Origin: Azolla caroliniana
Taxonomy: Eukaryota > Plantae > Polypodiophyta
Length of the DNA stretch: 64,000 bases
Direction: 5' to 3'
NCBI GenBank assembly: GCA_043228905.1
Contig: JBHGNT010000006.1
Coordinates: 22,754,001-22,818,000 of the forward strand
Position 1 is the stretch's first letter. Each line of letters opens with the position of its first letter. Both the position numbers and the translations under genes were made by a program. The notes beneath the pieces are model-generated. The model did not search any database, was not told where the DNA came from, and saw nothing but the letters and a program-made list of their open reading frames with translations. This document shows positions 27,801 through 40,700 of this stretch, piece after piece.

Positions 27801-29935
27801 ATCGACGGGAACACATGACCCAGTTACGACTCTGCCTGGACCGATGTCGCCAAGCTCGATTGAGCTTAAACCCGGCGAAATGCGCGTTCTTAGTCACCAA
27901 CGGCAACCTTCTCGGCCACATTGTCAGTCAAGAAGGCATCGCTATGGACCCGGATAAAGTAAAGGCAATCATGACCGCCACTGCACCCTCGAACGCTAAG
28001 GCACTAAGCCGTTTTTTGGGACAGATCCGGTGGCACAACCGAATGATACGGCACCTGCCGACTTCGCGACACCTTTACACGCGGCAATCCATCGCCTTCC
28101 CTTCCAATGGACGTCAATCGAGGACACGGCCTATCAGACCCTGAAACAAATGTTGTCACATGCCCCGGTGGTCCAGTCTCCGGTTTGGTCCGAACTGTTT
28201 CATGTCTTCGTAGATGCTTCAGACATCGCCATCGGAAGTGCCCTGATGCAATGCACACCCCCGAATTGGTATAGGCCCGTGTACTACGCCAGCCGACGGC
28301 TCTCGACTGCGGAAAAGAATTATTCCACCACTGAGCGGGAGGCCCTCGGTATGATTTATAGCATCAATAAATTTCGGCATAACCTCTTGGGCCGAAAATT
28401 TACCTTTCACGTGGATCACTCGGCCATTCTTTATTTGGTCAATAAACAAGCCCTCACCGGACGGTTGGCTCGGTGGATGCTCCTACTACAAGAGTTTGAT
28501 TTCCAGATTCAGCATCGACCCAGGGTACAACATGCCGTCGCCGACTACTTGAGCCGTCTTGAGTCAGGGGAACCGGCGAAAACAACGTACGACGAGCTAC
28601 CGGACGCCAGCCTATTTACCTTGACCACGATACTAGACGATAACGGAGATGAATGGATCACGAAGATGACCCATTTTCTCACTACCGGTGTACCTCCCGA
28701 GCACATGACCCTTGACACGAGAAAACGCCTAGCAGTGCGTAGCCGGAATTTTTGCCTCGTCTCGGACATTCTCTACCACAAAGGCTTGGACGGCATATGG
28801 CGCCGAGCGATTCGGCAATTCGAGAAGAACACCGTTCTTTAGGAAGCCCACCAGGGAGTAGCTGGGGGGCACTACGCCGGGGATTCCACGGCAAGGAAAG
28901 TTTGGCAAAGTGGATTGTGGTGGCCGACAACGAAGAAAGACGCTCACGAGTTTTGCCTGCAGTGCGATTTGTGCCAACGACTGGGGCAACCAATGGAACA
29001 ATCACAGATGCCACACCAGCCGATTCTTCCGTTGGACCCATTTCAAAAATGGGGTTTGGATTTTGTAGGCCCTTTCAAACCACCCGCGGCCCGAACAGGG
29101 AATAGGTATATTATTGTTGCCACGGATTACTGCACCAAATGGGTCGAGGCTAAGGCACTCCGAGATAACACGGCGGCATCCACAGCTAAACTCGTGTACG
29201 AGCACCTCTGGTGCCGTTACGGATGCCCAATCGAGCTCGTTAGTGATCAAGGTGGGCACTTCATCAATCATATAATACGTGAGCTTACACACCACTACGC
29301 GGTGGTGCACAAGAAAAGCACACCATACTACCCGCAGGCGAACGGCTTGGCGGAATCGACCAATAAAATCCTCCAAACCATACTGAAGAAGATCGTCAAT
29401 GAAAACAGGACCGATTGGGATGACAAACTCCAGAGCGCGCTGTGGGTGTATCGTATGACTTTCAAAACAAGCATCCAATCAACCCCCTTTCGAATGGCGT
29501 TCGGGTTAGAAGCCGTAATGCCCGTCGAGTTCCAAGTCCCAAGCCTTCGAGTTCAAATCAAAGCATGGCTCCCTGAGGCCCAATCCGAGCAATACCGGCT
29601 GGAACAACTCCTCGAACTCGGCGAAGATAGGATAGAGAGTATGGCCCAACTCGAACAATGCCAACGGCAACGCAAGGCTTTCGTGGATCGACATCGACAC
29701 GGGTTGGAAAAGGAGCTCACCATCGGCAAACCGGTTCTTCTTTTTCAAACACGACTCGGGTCTATGCCGGGAAAATTAAGATTTCGGTGGACCGGTCCAT
29801 TCTAGATTATCGACGAGTTCAACGGGACGTTCTAGCTCGGCACACTCGCCGGCGACACTGTCAAAAGCTGGGCCAATGGTTTCCGACATCGACCATATCG
29901 AGGCACTACACCACCCAACCCGTTTACTGAGCCAC
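24860..29935 (+). pseudogene. gag-PR-RT-RNaseH-IN of the 24087 Gypsy element
   Basis: CCHC knuckles (CTACSGSGHLALEC), IIDGGSG protease, RT (CVDYRKLN, FLDGFNGY, MMFGL), RNase H (FVDASD), integrase (KWGLDFVGP, SDQGGHF, QANGLAE, WTGPF). Several stops and frameshifts. Confidence 0.93.
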
Positions 29936-32900
29936 ACGGCACAAACAAGTTTCAGGAGACCACCATGGAGGAGGCCACGTGTCCCCCTGAATAAGGACTC
30001 ACCCACCTTCTTGAAATTAATAAAAGTAGTAGTAGGTAGGATTAACCATAGTTTAGCCACCGATTAGCTACACCTACACCACCCACCTAGGCACCCACAA
30101 ATTTAGGAGCACCCCTCGCCACCACTCATTTAGTACCTATTTAAGCACATGCAAAGCACTAGAAGCACCCCATTCACCTTCAGGACACGTGGTGCTAGTT
30201 ACTTATTATGACACCCACGACTCAGAATCTTCAAGATTCGCTTCAGGCACAAAACCCTAGGAGTAAGTTACTAAAACAGTTTCCAAAACGCAACACAGAC
30301 ACAGAAGTTCATTATCGCTCCCAATCTCCATCGCTCTCAAGCTCAGAAACCCCGTCTCGCTCTCATCGCGCTAAACGCTCTTGCTCTCAAGCCCTCTTTC
30401 GCTCTCATAACCCCTCTGCTGAACTTCCCCTTCCTGCTGTTCCTTCTCTGTCTCGCCCTCGCCTCACCACTCTTCTTCACGCTTCCACATAGTCGAACCC
30501 CGTCTCCATCTCCACCATGCCTCTTACCGCTTCAACAAAAACCCGCGCCTTGCTCCAGGAACGAGGAATGGGCGGTTACCTGAAGATCATCGATGCCCCC
30601 GCGCACCCAGATGCCCAAGGTGTAGCTAAACGTATAAGTCCCGAAGCCATCACCAACAACGTGCTTCGGGCTGTTTTGGACCTACAACGGGGAGGGGACC
30701 ATGAGGTCCACATACCCCCGACATCGAAGATGAAAGCGTATTTCGGTGAGTACTCAGCCTCAAGGAAGGCATATCGCACGTATGGTGGTCCCAACAGAGC
30801 TTTCAAGGAGATTGCTCGTATATTAATGGAGTATGCGTTCGTGCATACGAACCCAACGAGCATGTTGCAGAACAAGGTAGCCATCATCATTAGCGCATAT
30901 GAAGGAAACAAAATCGATTGGGGAATCATCACAGGCGAAGGACTCCGGTAAGAAGATGTTGTCTGTTCTTACCCACTTTTTGATGGTTCTATACCCACCC
31001 TCTTCTCTTCCTTCCCCTCGCACACTCACGTCCCCACCACCACCACAAAGGCAGAAAGAGAAATTCGTTGCCATTAGCCATGAAGCATGGGAGGAGCCCA
31101 CATTGCCTTCACCTCTTGCCGCCGACCAAAACCCCGCATCTGCACCACCACCCACCCAACCCCAACAAAGAATGGGAGGAGGAGGTAGCCGCAGAAGACA
31201 ACACGGCCAATGATGTCACCATTCGACAGCCAATGTCGCGCCCCTCGGTAACTTCCCCAGGGCCTAGTCCACGCCCCAACACACAGCAGGCTGCACCACC
31301 ACGACCCCAGAAAAGGAAGCAGGCGGAGGAAATGACACTACCCGCCCCGGAACCCCAAACACAACCGAGCAAGAGAAGACGACTCAACCTCGAGTCCTCG
31401 GAAGAACAAAAAGAGCCACAACAGGAGCAAGCCTTAGTTGTCAGAGAGAGCAACCTGACCATCATCCCTGAGGAGGCATCGCTGAACCAGGGAAAGATCG
31501 AGCATGGGCAAACAACGCAGATCTCGGAGGATGAAGTCCTCGGGTATAAGGACCTCCCCGCGGAGGCTTACGAATTTAGTGCGCTCCTACGCCTCGGTAC
31601 GACATTCGAGCTGGTCGACTTCCTCACCAAAGTCCAAGTCGCGGCAGCCGCTCGAATGGCGGAAGAGCACGCCGAAACAAATATGATTCAACGCGCGCTA
31701 ATAGGTGAAATTGAGCCCCAGGAGGACAGGGCTTTACAAAAAATCAGGAGAAAGAAGCAGGCAAAACAGGCTGCTCTCCTCATGGAGGTCCCCGAGTTGA
31801 ACACGGCCCTTATCGAGGCATATAGGGACCTGGATCGCACTATGCGGGTAGCCAAAGACATGGCCCGAAAGATAAAAATAGCCCAAAAACAGGCTAAGAT
31901 GGCTACAGAATTATGGCACGCTGCGAAACAGAAGTTGGCAGCCTGGGAGCAAAACCGGCCGGAACAACAACTCTTGAGCCTTCCGGTCACGACCACCAAG
32001 GCCCTCCCAGCACCTCCATGCATAACAATGATGGATGAAAGCACCGTCATAGATTCAATCTTGACGATGCAGGCCAGTACACAAACGGACTCGTTACAAA
32101 TGGTCGATGCCTACACAACAACCGAGGCGGCCACGCCCATGGAGAAGACCGAGATACCACCCCCTTGTGCACCCAAGGAGGTGGCAACCCAGATAGAACC
32201 CCCACTTCGGGATTACCGCGCGGAGCTTAAAGAAGAACAACGGCGAACCGAGAGACACGAACAACGGCATCAAGAGGCGATGGCTCGCCTAAAAGAAGAA
32301 GCTTCCAAGCAGATGGCCGAGATTAGAGCCCAGGCCGACCAAAGGATACACGAGCAGAACGAAGCACTGGGACGGGTACAAGCGCAAGCCGCGGGCAAAG
32401 AAGCCGAACTCAAAAGCAAGATGGAGGAATACGCAGCCATAGTGGCAAAGAAAGAGAAGGAGGTCCTAGACCTATAGGCCGTGCTCGACAATGCGAAAGA
32501 CCCGACAGGAGGAAAGAAATCGCCAATGGGAGGAGAGAATGATCGCGGAGAATGCCGAGCTGCTGTCATGGCAAGACTCGAACCCATGACCTTATGCTAC
32601 ATGAGTCGAGCTCTTGACCATTAGACTATACATTGTAATACGTAAAATATTATTTTCATTTATGTTTTATTATAGAAATTTGATGTATATTCCAGATTTC
32701 TTTGGAACATTCTAGAAACTTCAGGAGTATTCCTTAGAACACTATAAAAGGAGGCACATGGCATTATTTCGAACCAAATCGGTTCAACACCAGTCTTAAG
32801 CCTCCTAGCTACTGTACATTTTCTTCACATAATATATATCTTTTCTTATCATCACTCTCTCCCTCCCTCTCACTCACTCTTTCCTTCTCTCGAGAGTTCT

Positions 32901-33042
32901 TCACCTCTCTTAGTACTAATACTTCTTTTAGTACTAATTCCTTCTCTGTCTTAGTACTGTTCCTGATAGTTTGAACCGATTTTCCTTACCTTCTGTCTCT
33001 CTCATTTCCTACTAATCTCTTATTCCTCTTTTCTTTCATCCC

Positions 33043-34194
33043 ATGGCCACTGTTAGCGCTGAAGAATATCAATCTGTTTTCTCAGAATTTCAATGCATGA
33101 AAGAGAAGTTCCATGCTTTGGAACAAGAAAACCAACGGTTGCTGGGGGATCTTCAGCAAATCTCCTTAGAAAAGCAGCAAACGCAACAACAACATGGGGA
33201 ACTTGTGTTACGCGTGCAACAACTCGAAGCCACCATCGTAGCGATGCAACAACAAGGGCCCGGAACACAAGGGATTCATAAAGAACCCAAGATTGGCCTT
33301 CCCACGAAGTTCGATGGAACGCGATCGCAGTTTAGAGGGATCCTTAACCAGGTACGATTAGTTATTCAAATGCATCCTTCCCGATATCCCACCGATGCAT
33401 CACGAGTGGGTTTAGTAGGCACTTTGTTAAGTGGCTCAGCGTTGGCATGGTTCGCTCCACTATTAGAAAAGGAATCTCCGTTACTCAACAATTTTGAAGA
33501 GTTTCTAGGTGAGTTTAAAGCATGTTTCGGAGATACTGACAGCATCAGGACCGCAATCAACAAAATTCGGCGATTACGCCAAGGTGACCGTCCAGCCTCT
33601 GCATACGCTGCAGATTTTCGCCTACTCGCCGCCGATATCCCTTGGGATGATCAAGCGTTGATGGAGCAATTCCGTTATGGTTTACGCAACGACGTCAAGG
33701 ATTTACTCTTGACCTTCCCCGAAGAGCCAAAGTCCTTAACAGAAGCAATCAGTCGCGCGGTGAGATGTGACAACCGCCTCTTTGAGCGACGTTCGGAACG
33801 ACAGCTACAAATGCCGAGGGCAAGATCAGAGCCCACCTACGCCTCAGTGGTATCAAGACCTTTTCCGAGGGAGTCATATAATGTGCCTCCAGCGAATACT
33901 CCGACTCCGATGGAGATTGACACTACACGTCGTCGAGGGCCATTATCCGAAGAAGAAAAGCAGCGACGCTGTACAAATCGACTATGTCTTTACTGCGGTG
34001 GACCAGGACATATTGCAATAAATTGTCCCCATAGGCCATGAAGACAGGTAAACCAAATAGTTTCTAGTTCTAATTATACTAAACCCGAGCCTATTTCACT
34101 AGGGATATCTGATGGTCCTAATAGTACTAATAGCCCAGATCTAGCGAACAGATTTGATGTCCTTAGTCAGTTAGAAGAAGAGTTAAACGACTAA
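33043..34194 (+). pseudogene. gag: chromovirus gag (one premature TGA at 34039-34041)
   Basis: EPKIGLPTKFDGTRSQF, PMEID and CLYCGGPGHIAINC knuckle. The frame continues to TAA at 34192-34194. Confidence 0.9.
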
Positions 34195-37100
34195 GTCCAG
34201 CCAAAATAGGAGCCGTTTGGTTGGACAGCCCTAGATCTGTGCAGCCCATTAGTGCTTCCATTCCCTCTAAGCAAGTTAGTGATGTGTTCGTAGCCCAAGT
34301 AATAGTTAGTACTAAAAGTACCCCTCCAGTACATGTCCTAGCACTCCTAGATTCCGGAGCTAACTCTTGCTTTATGGATAAGAAATTTGCTCAAGCTCAT
34401 AAGATATCCCTAAGAAAAACTCCAGTGTCCAGCCTCTGTAGTAGTCATTTATGGACGTCCCATTGCTTCCGGAAATATCATAGAAGAGTCAGAGCCCATT
34501 AATATTGTCCTAGATAACTTAGCATGTGTAGTATCATTTAATATTATTAGTATCCCAGAACATCCCATAGTTTTAGGATTACCGTGGTTCGAGTTCCATA
34601 ACCTAGACATAAATTGGAGAACAAGAGAAATCCGGTGTCGACAAACCCAAGGGTCAACTCAGAAGATGGCAACCATTTCGCTATGTTAGTTGCGTAAAGA
34701 AGGGCGCAAGGAAGAAATGTTCCTCTTTGCAATATCAGTAAACCCCTCCAGCACCACTAAAGAAGAATCCACCGTTCAACTTCCCGAGAAGTATCGTCAT
34801 TACATCGATGTGTTCGATAAAGTACAAGCCAACACACTTCCTCATCATCGACCGTACGATTGCCCCATCGATTTACAACCGGGAAAAGAACCGCCATGGG
34901 GACCGATCTACAATTTGTCACCAACCGAGCTGGAAGTCCTTCGGGCCTATATAGAGGAGAATTTGGAAAATGGTTTCATTTGGCATTCGAAATCTCCAGC
35001 TGGCGTGCCCATTTTCTTCGTCAAGAAAGAGGATGGATTGCTTCGTCTCGTTGTAGATTACCGTGGCTTGAATAAGGTTACAATCAGGAATAGGTATGCT
35101 CTTCCCCTTATCTCAAGTCTTTTAGAACGGATCAATGGTGCCAGGTTCTTCACGAAGATCGACTTACGGGGAGCATATAACCTCGTACGAATCCGACCAG
35201 GAGACGAATGGAAGACCGCGTTTCGCACCAGATATGGGCACTTCGAGTATACGGTCATGCCGTTCGGCCTCACTAATGCGCTGACAGTCTTTCAGCACAT
35301 GGCTAATGATATATTCCGAGATCTATTGGATGATTGTTTGATCATCTATTTGGATGATCTACTGGTTTATTCAAAGACCCAAGAAGAACATGATTCTCAT
35401 GTACTATTAGTACTAAAACGACTTCGAGAACATGGTCTGTATGCAAAGCTGGAAAAATGTAGTTTCAGGTGCAACCAAGTGGAATTTCTCGGGTACATCA
35501 TTTCGTCAGAAGGCATCTCCATGGACCCAGCTAAGGTCAAAACGGTGGTAGAATGGCAGACTCCGCGTTCGGTGCAGGATGTGCAATGCTTCCTAGGCTT
35601 TGCCAATTTTTACCAGAAGTTCATACAAGATTACTCAAAGATCGTTCTACCTCTCACACAACTTACTAGGAAGGGACAACCGTTCATCTGGTCTGAAGAA
35701 ACGGACATGGCTTTCGAGAGTCTTAAAAAGGCATTTACATCGGCTCCAATTCTAACTCATGTCGATCCGGAAAAACCATTCATTATCGAAGCTGACGCAT
35801 CGGATTTCGCATTGGGGAGCATTCTGTTACAACAGGGGAATGATGAGAAGCTACATCCTGTGGCTTTTCACTCACGCAAGTTTGATGCCGCCGAAATCAA
35901 CTAAGAAATTCATGATAAGGAGCTATTGGCAATAGTGGATTCTTTTATGCAATGGAGGCATTTTCTAGAGGGATCCTCTCATCCGGTCACTGTATTTAGT
36001 GACCACAAGAACCTTGCCTACTTTCAGGATGCTCGTGTGTTGAATCAACGTCAAGCTCGGTGGGCCCACTTCCTCACGCGTTTCGACTTCAAAATTACAT
36101 ATCGTCCGGGGAAGCACCAAGGGAAGGCAGATGCATTATCACGGCGTTCGTATCTAGCACCCCGTCCCGGCGAGCCAGCTTTCGATAACCAAAAACAAGT
36201 CATCTTGGGACCAACACGACTACAAGCAACACAGATATTTGACATGCCCATGGATTCCCGCGTTATTGATACCATACGCGAAGACTTGAAGACAGATGCG
36301 TTCGCCCAAGCTATACTAGCACAAATTGATCCCTCTCGAGCGACGTGTTCACAGTCACAACCACCAGGTACGGACTATCGGCAATTCAAATACCATGATG
36401 GATTAGTCTTCTTTAAAGAACTTTTGTATGTTCCTAATGGTTCTTGCCGCCTTCAAGTAGTACAAAAATGTCATGACACATATACAGCTGGGCATTTTGG
36501 TAGTACTAAAACATTACATTTAGTACAACGATCATTCTGGTGGCCCTGTATGCGACAATTTGTCGAGGATTTTGTTCGGACTTGTGATACATGCTGCAGA
36601 GTGAAAATGCCAAGGCATCATCCATATGGTTTATTAGAACCATTACCAATTCCAAGCAAGCTGTGGCAATCTATTGCTCTAGACTTCATCATAGATCTTC
36701 CAGTCTCTAAGGGGTTCAATGCGATTCTAACGGTGGTCGATCGATATACGAAGATGGCTCATTTCTTGCCATGTACTAAGGAGATCTCCAGTGAAGGCTC
36801 TGCCAAAATTGTCATGCGTGAAGTATGTCGGCATCATGGACTTCCCGATAGTATCATCAGCGACCGTAGACCCCAGTTCGTGTCAAAATTCTGGAAGCAC
36901 CTTTTTAACATGCTCAAGGTCACTTGTAACCTCTCCTCCAGCTACCACCCCCAAACCGATGGCCAAGCCGAACGAACCAATCAAATGCTGGAGCAGTATG
37001 TGCGGTGCTTTCTCAGCTATCATCAGGATGACTGGGCAAATATTCTCCACTTCGCCGAATTTGCCTATAACAACTCTATCCACGCGTCCACTAAAGTTAC

Positions 37101-37707
37101 GCCATTTTATGCTTATACGGGATGTCACCCCCGGTGGTGTGTACTTGAAACCCCAGAGGTGTCCACAAATCCTTGCGCAGAAGATTGTTTGGAGAAGTTA
37201 CGCAAGATACAAGCGGATGTATCTACTCACCTCCAACAAGCTCAACAAACACACAAGGTTTATGCGGATTGTCATCGATTCCCATCTAGTTTTAACATTG
37301 GAGATCGGGTATGGCTACTCCGACGACACATCAAGACCACTCGGCTATGCGAGAAGTTGGATTATCGGCGATTAGGTCCTTTCCGTATTATAGGAAAGAT
37401 TAATGATGTCGCTTTTCATCTTGATCTACCTCCACAACTTCGGATACATCCGGTGTTTCATAGTTCTCTCCTCGAACCCTATCAAGAGAGCACCATCCTA
37501 GGACGTATTACACAGCCTCCACCCCCGATCGAGCTTGAAGATGGACCTGAGTACGAGGTTACCGCCATCCTTGATTCCAAGCTTGTTCGCAACAAGATCT
37601 ACTATCTAGTCGATTGGCTAGGATATAGTCCCAGCGAGCGTACTTGGGAACCGATAGAGAATGTCACCAATGCTCGTGCTCTTCTTGAAGACTTCCATCG
37701 TCAATAT
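34195..37707 (+). pseudogene. pol: chromovirus pol (PR-RT-RNaseH-IN-chromodomain)
   Basis: LLDSGAN, LVVDYRGLN, YLDD, EADASDF, HDTYTAGHFG, HPQTDGQAE, GPF, EYEVTAILDSK..YLVDWLGY..TWEP. A few stops and frameshifts. Confidence 0.93.
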
Positions 37708-40700
37708 TGTGGTGGTCACATGGACCACACCTAGATTAGGCCCCTACCAAGCCCCATGCACCACACATAGACCACACCCAAATTAGGCCCCTACCAAGCC
37801 TCATGCACCACACCCAAACTAGGCCCCCACCAAGCCCCATAATTAGTAGAGCTAATTGGAGCGGGAGAACACCCTCCACGCTAAGGGAGAGTCTATAAAA
37901 TGTAACTTGAGACATAATGAAAAGGGGGGCTATTCTTGAGAGCATTTCACATCTTGGTGGAGAAGACGGGCCAAGCACCCCAACTCACGACCCCAACAAC
38001 GCCCGCCACGATGCAACACGACAACGACGGCAACGCAAACTCGATGAATCCGGAATTCCTACAACACAATCAAGGACACCAGCCCACATCGCCAATCGAC
38101 CAACTGGTTCAAGCTCTGTCCAACATCATTTTACAAGTTAACCATACTAACCAAGCCATGTTGTCCTTTCTTTCAGCACGATCCGAGCCACAACAAAATC
38201 TCTCGGACTCTCGAGTTCGCCCAAAACCGTTCTCCGGCCTACCATCGGAAGACGTCCTCTCTTGGCTGGATCATTTCGAAATGGTGGCCAGTTACCACCA
38301 GTGGCCACACCCTCGGAAGGCAATGGAGATGAAGGCACTCCTCCAGAATATCGCGGCAACATGGCTTGTACAACAACCCGAAGAGACACGCAACGACTGG
38401 GATCTGTTACGGGCAGCCATGATTCGGAATTTTGCTCATCAAGACTCCCGCCAGACGGCCCTACAACAACTTGAGTCAATTACCCAACAACCACGCGAAC
38501 CCTTCACCCAGTTCGCGGTTCGTTTTGTGCAGATCCTACGCCGGGCTGACGCCAACATGTCGGAGGACATGAAGTTGTTTTTTTTCTGGCCGCGTATACG
38601 ACATGACCTCCGCTGTTGTGTACGCGATCAAGGCCCGACGACACTACACGAAGCCATCCTCACTGCCCAACGCATCGAAGCTGCAGACGCGCACGACATG
38701 CACACACCAGGTAATCTCAGTCATGATCATACAAACACTATACCAGCCGTCACTCCCATGGACATCGACATCCAGAACACACAATTACGTGCCAAGCGTG
38801 CATTGCCTGAACGAGACAGCCAAGGACGCCCCAAATGTTTCTACTGCAACAACTATGGCCACATTCGGCGTCACTGCCGAAAGTGGCAGAATCACCAACA
38901 GAAGCAGAACGTCCAATTAGCTGACGCTGCCTCCCTCTCTGAGCTCCCGGAAAACTAATGCGCGGGGTGCCGCAGGGAGAGCCGCCCCCGCACGTCCACG
39001 TCTCCACGTCCTCAACTTCTCCCGTTTCTCCCACGATCGAGCCGCCCCCCGCACGTCCACGCCTCCACTTCATCAACTTCGCCCGTTTGTACCACAATCG
39101 CCCGCCTCCAGCACACGACCCAAGAAGTTCTCCTCGACTCCGGCAGCAACATCTCTTCCATCAGCGCAGATTTAGTCACCCAATTACAACTTCCCACGAG
39201 CCACGCACCACCCATTAAAATCCTCTTCGGCGACCAACAACGGGTGTACCACTCACATACGCAAGTCAGGTGCATGCTCACCATTAGTTCCGCCCAGATA
39301 CACCATCGTTTCTACGTCCTCCCGCGCCAGTTGTTCCCAATCACCTTGGGATGTGATTGGTTCCTCCATAGTCGAGCCTGTCTCGATTTCTCCGCACAAC
39401 AGCTCATCCTCCCGAATCACATTCCGATCGCGCTCTTCACTACTCCGCGGGATACCACCCACATCAGCAACACACAGTACCTGATATCACCGGCGGAGCG
39501 CATCAACGACATCAGACGGCTCCTCGCCACCTTTCCCTCGTTGTCTACACCACCTGTAAAACCTCCCTCGGTCCGTTTTCCGATTCACCACACGATTCCT
39601 ATAGGCAACGCCCGCCCCATCAACGCAGCTCCTCGACGTCGCTCGCCTCTCGACCACGAGCGCATCGACAACGCCGTCAAAACTATGCTCAAACAAGGGA
39701 TTATCACACATTTCGGAGCCACACATGGTAAAGAAAGGGGATGGTTCTTACCGCTTTTGTGTCGACTTCCGACAACTGAACCATGTCACCACCCATGACC
39801 GATACCCTCTCCCTCGTATCGATGACCTCCTCGACCAGCTTGGCAAATCAAAGTACTTCACCTCCCTCGATCTAGCCTCGGGATATTGGCAGATCCCGAT
39901 GAATCCTCACGATGCCCACAAAACTGCATTCCGCACTAAGAAAGGCATTTTTCACTTCACACGGATGCCCTTTGGCCTATCTGATGCGGGGAGCACATTC
40001 CAGTGAATGGCTAATGCCATCTTCGATGATCTCATCACCCGCCGTGTCGTCATCGTCTATCTAGACGATATTCTGGTACATACAAGCACTTGGGCAGAAC
40101 AACTTCAAGTCCTTCGGGAGGTCCTAACTTGTGTTCAACGCTATCGATTGTAGCTGCAATGGAAGAAGTGTCGATGGGGTAGTACGTGCCTCCGCTTCCT
40201 TGGGTACGTCATCTCCTCCGACGGAATACAAATGGACCCGGAGAAGACAGAAGCAGTCCAAAAATTCCCACGCCCCACCACAGTCAAGCAGCTTCAACGC
40301 TTCCTCGGCCTCCTCACGTTCTCTCTTCGTTTCATCCCACGGCTAGCCGACCTGTCAGCCCCACTACGCGCGCTCCTACAAAAAGACGCACCCTTCCTGT
40401 GGACCGAAGCCTGCGAATCCAGCTTCCTGCAGCTCAAGAGAACACTCCAAGCCTCTGACCTCCTGGCCCACCCTAATTTCACGAAGCCTTTCCATCTGCA
40501 GACGGATGCCTCCAATGTCGGCCTTGGTGCGGTCCTGCTCCAATCCGACGACAATGACCAACTCCGCCCGATTGCCTACATCAGTCGGTCACTTACCAAA
40601 GCCGAACAAAATTACTCGACAACTGAAAAAGAGTTCCTCGCCATCGTCTGGGCATTCCATCGTTTCCACCCATACCTTCACGGATCAAATACATCAGTCG

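Noticed and set aside
31068-32477. Extra Gypsy ORF as a retroviral envelope gene
   Set aside because: No signal peptide or transmembrane segment is visible; the composition is coiled-coil and nuclear-like.
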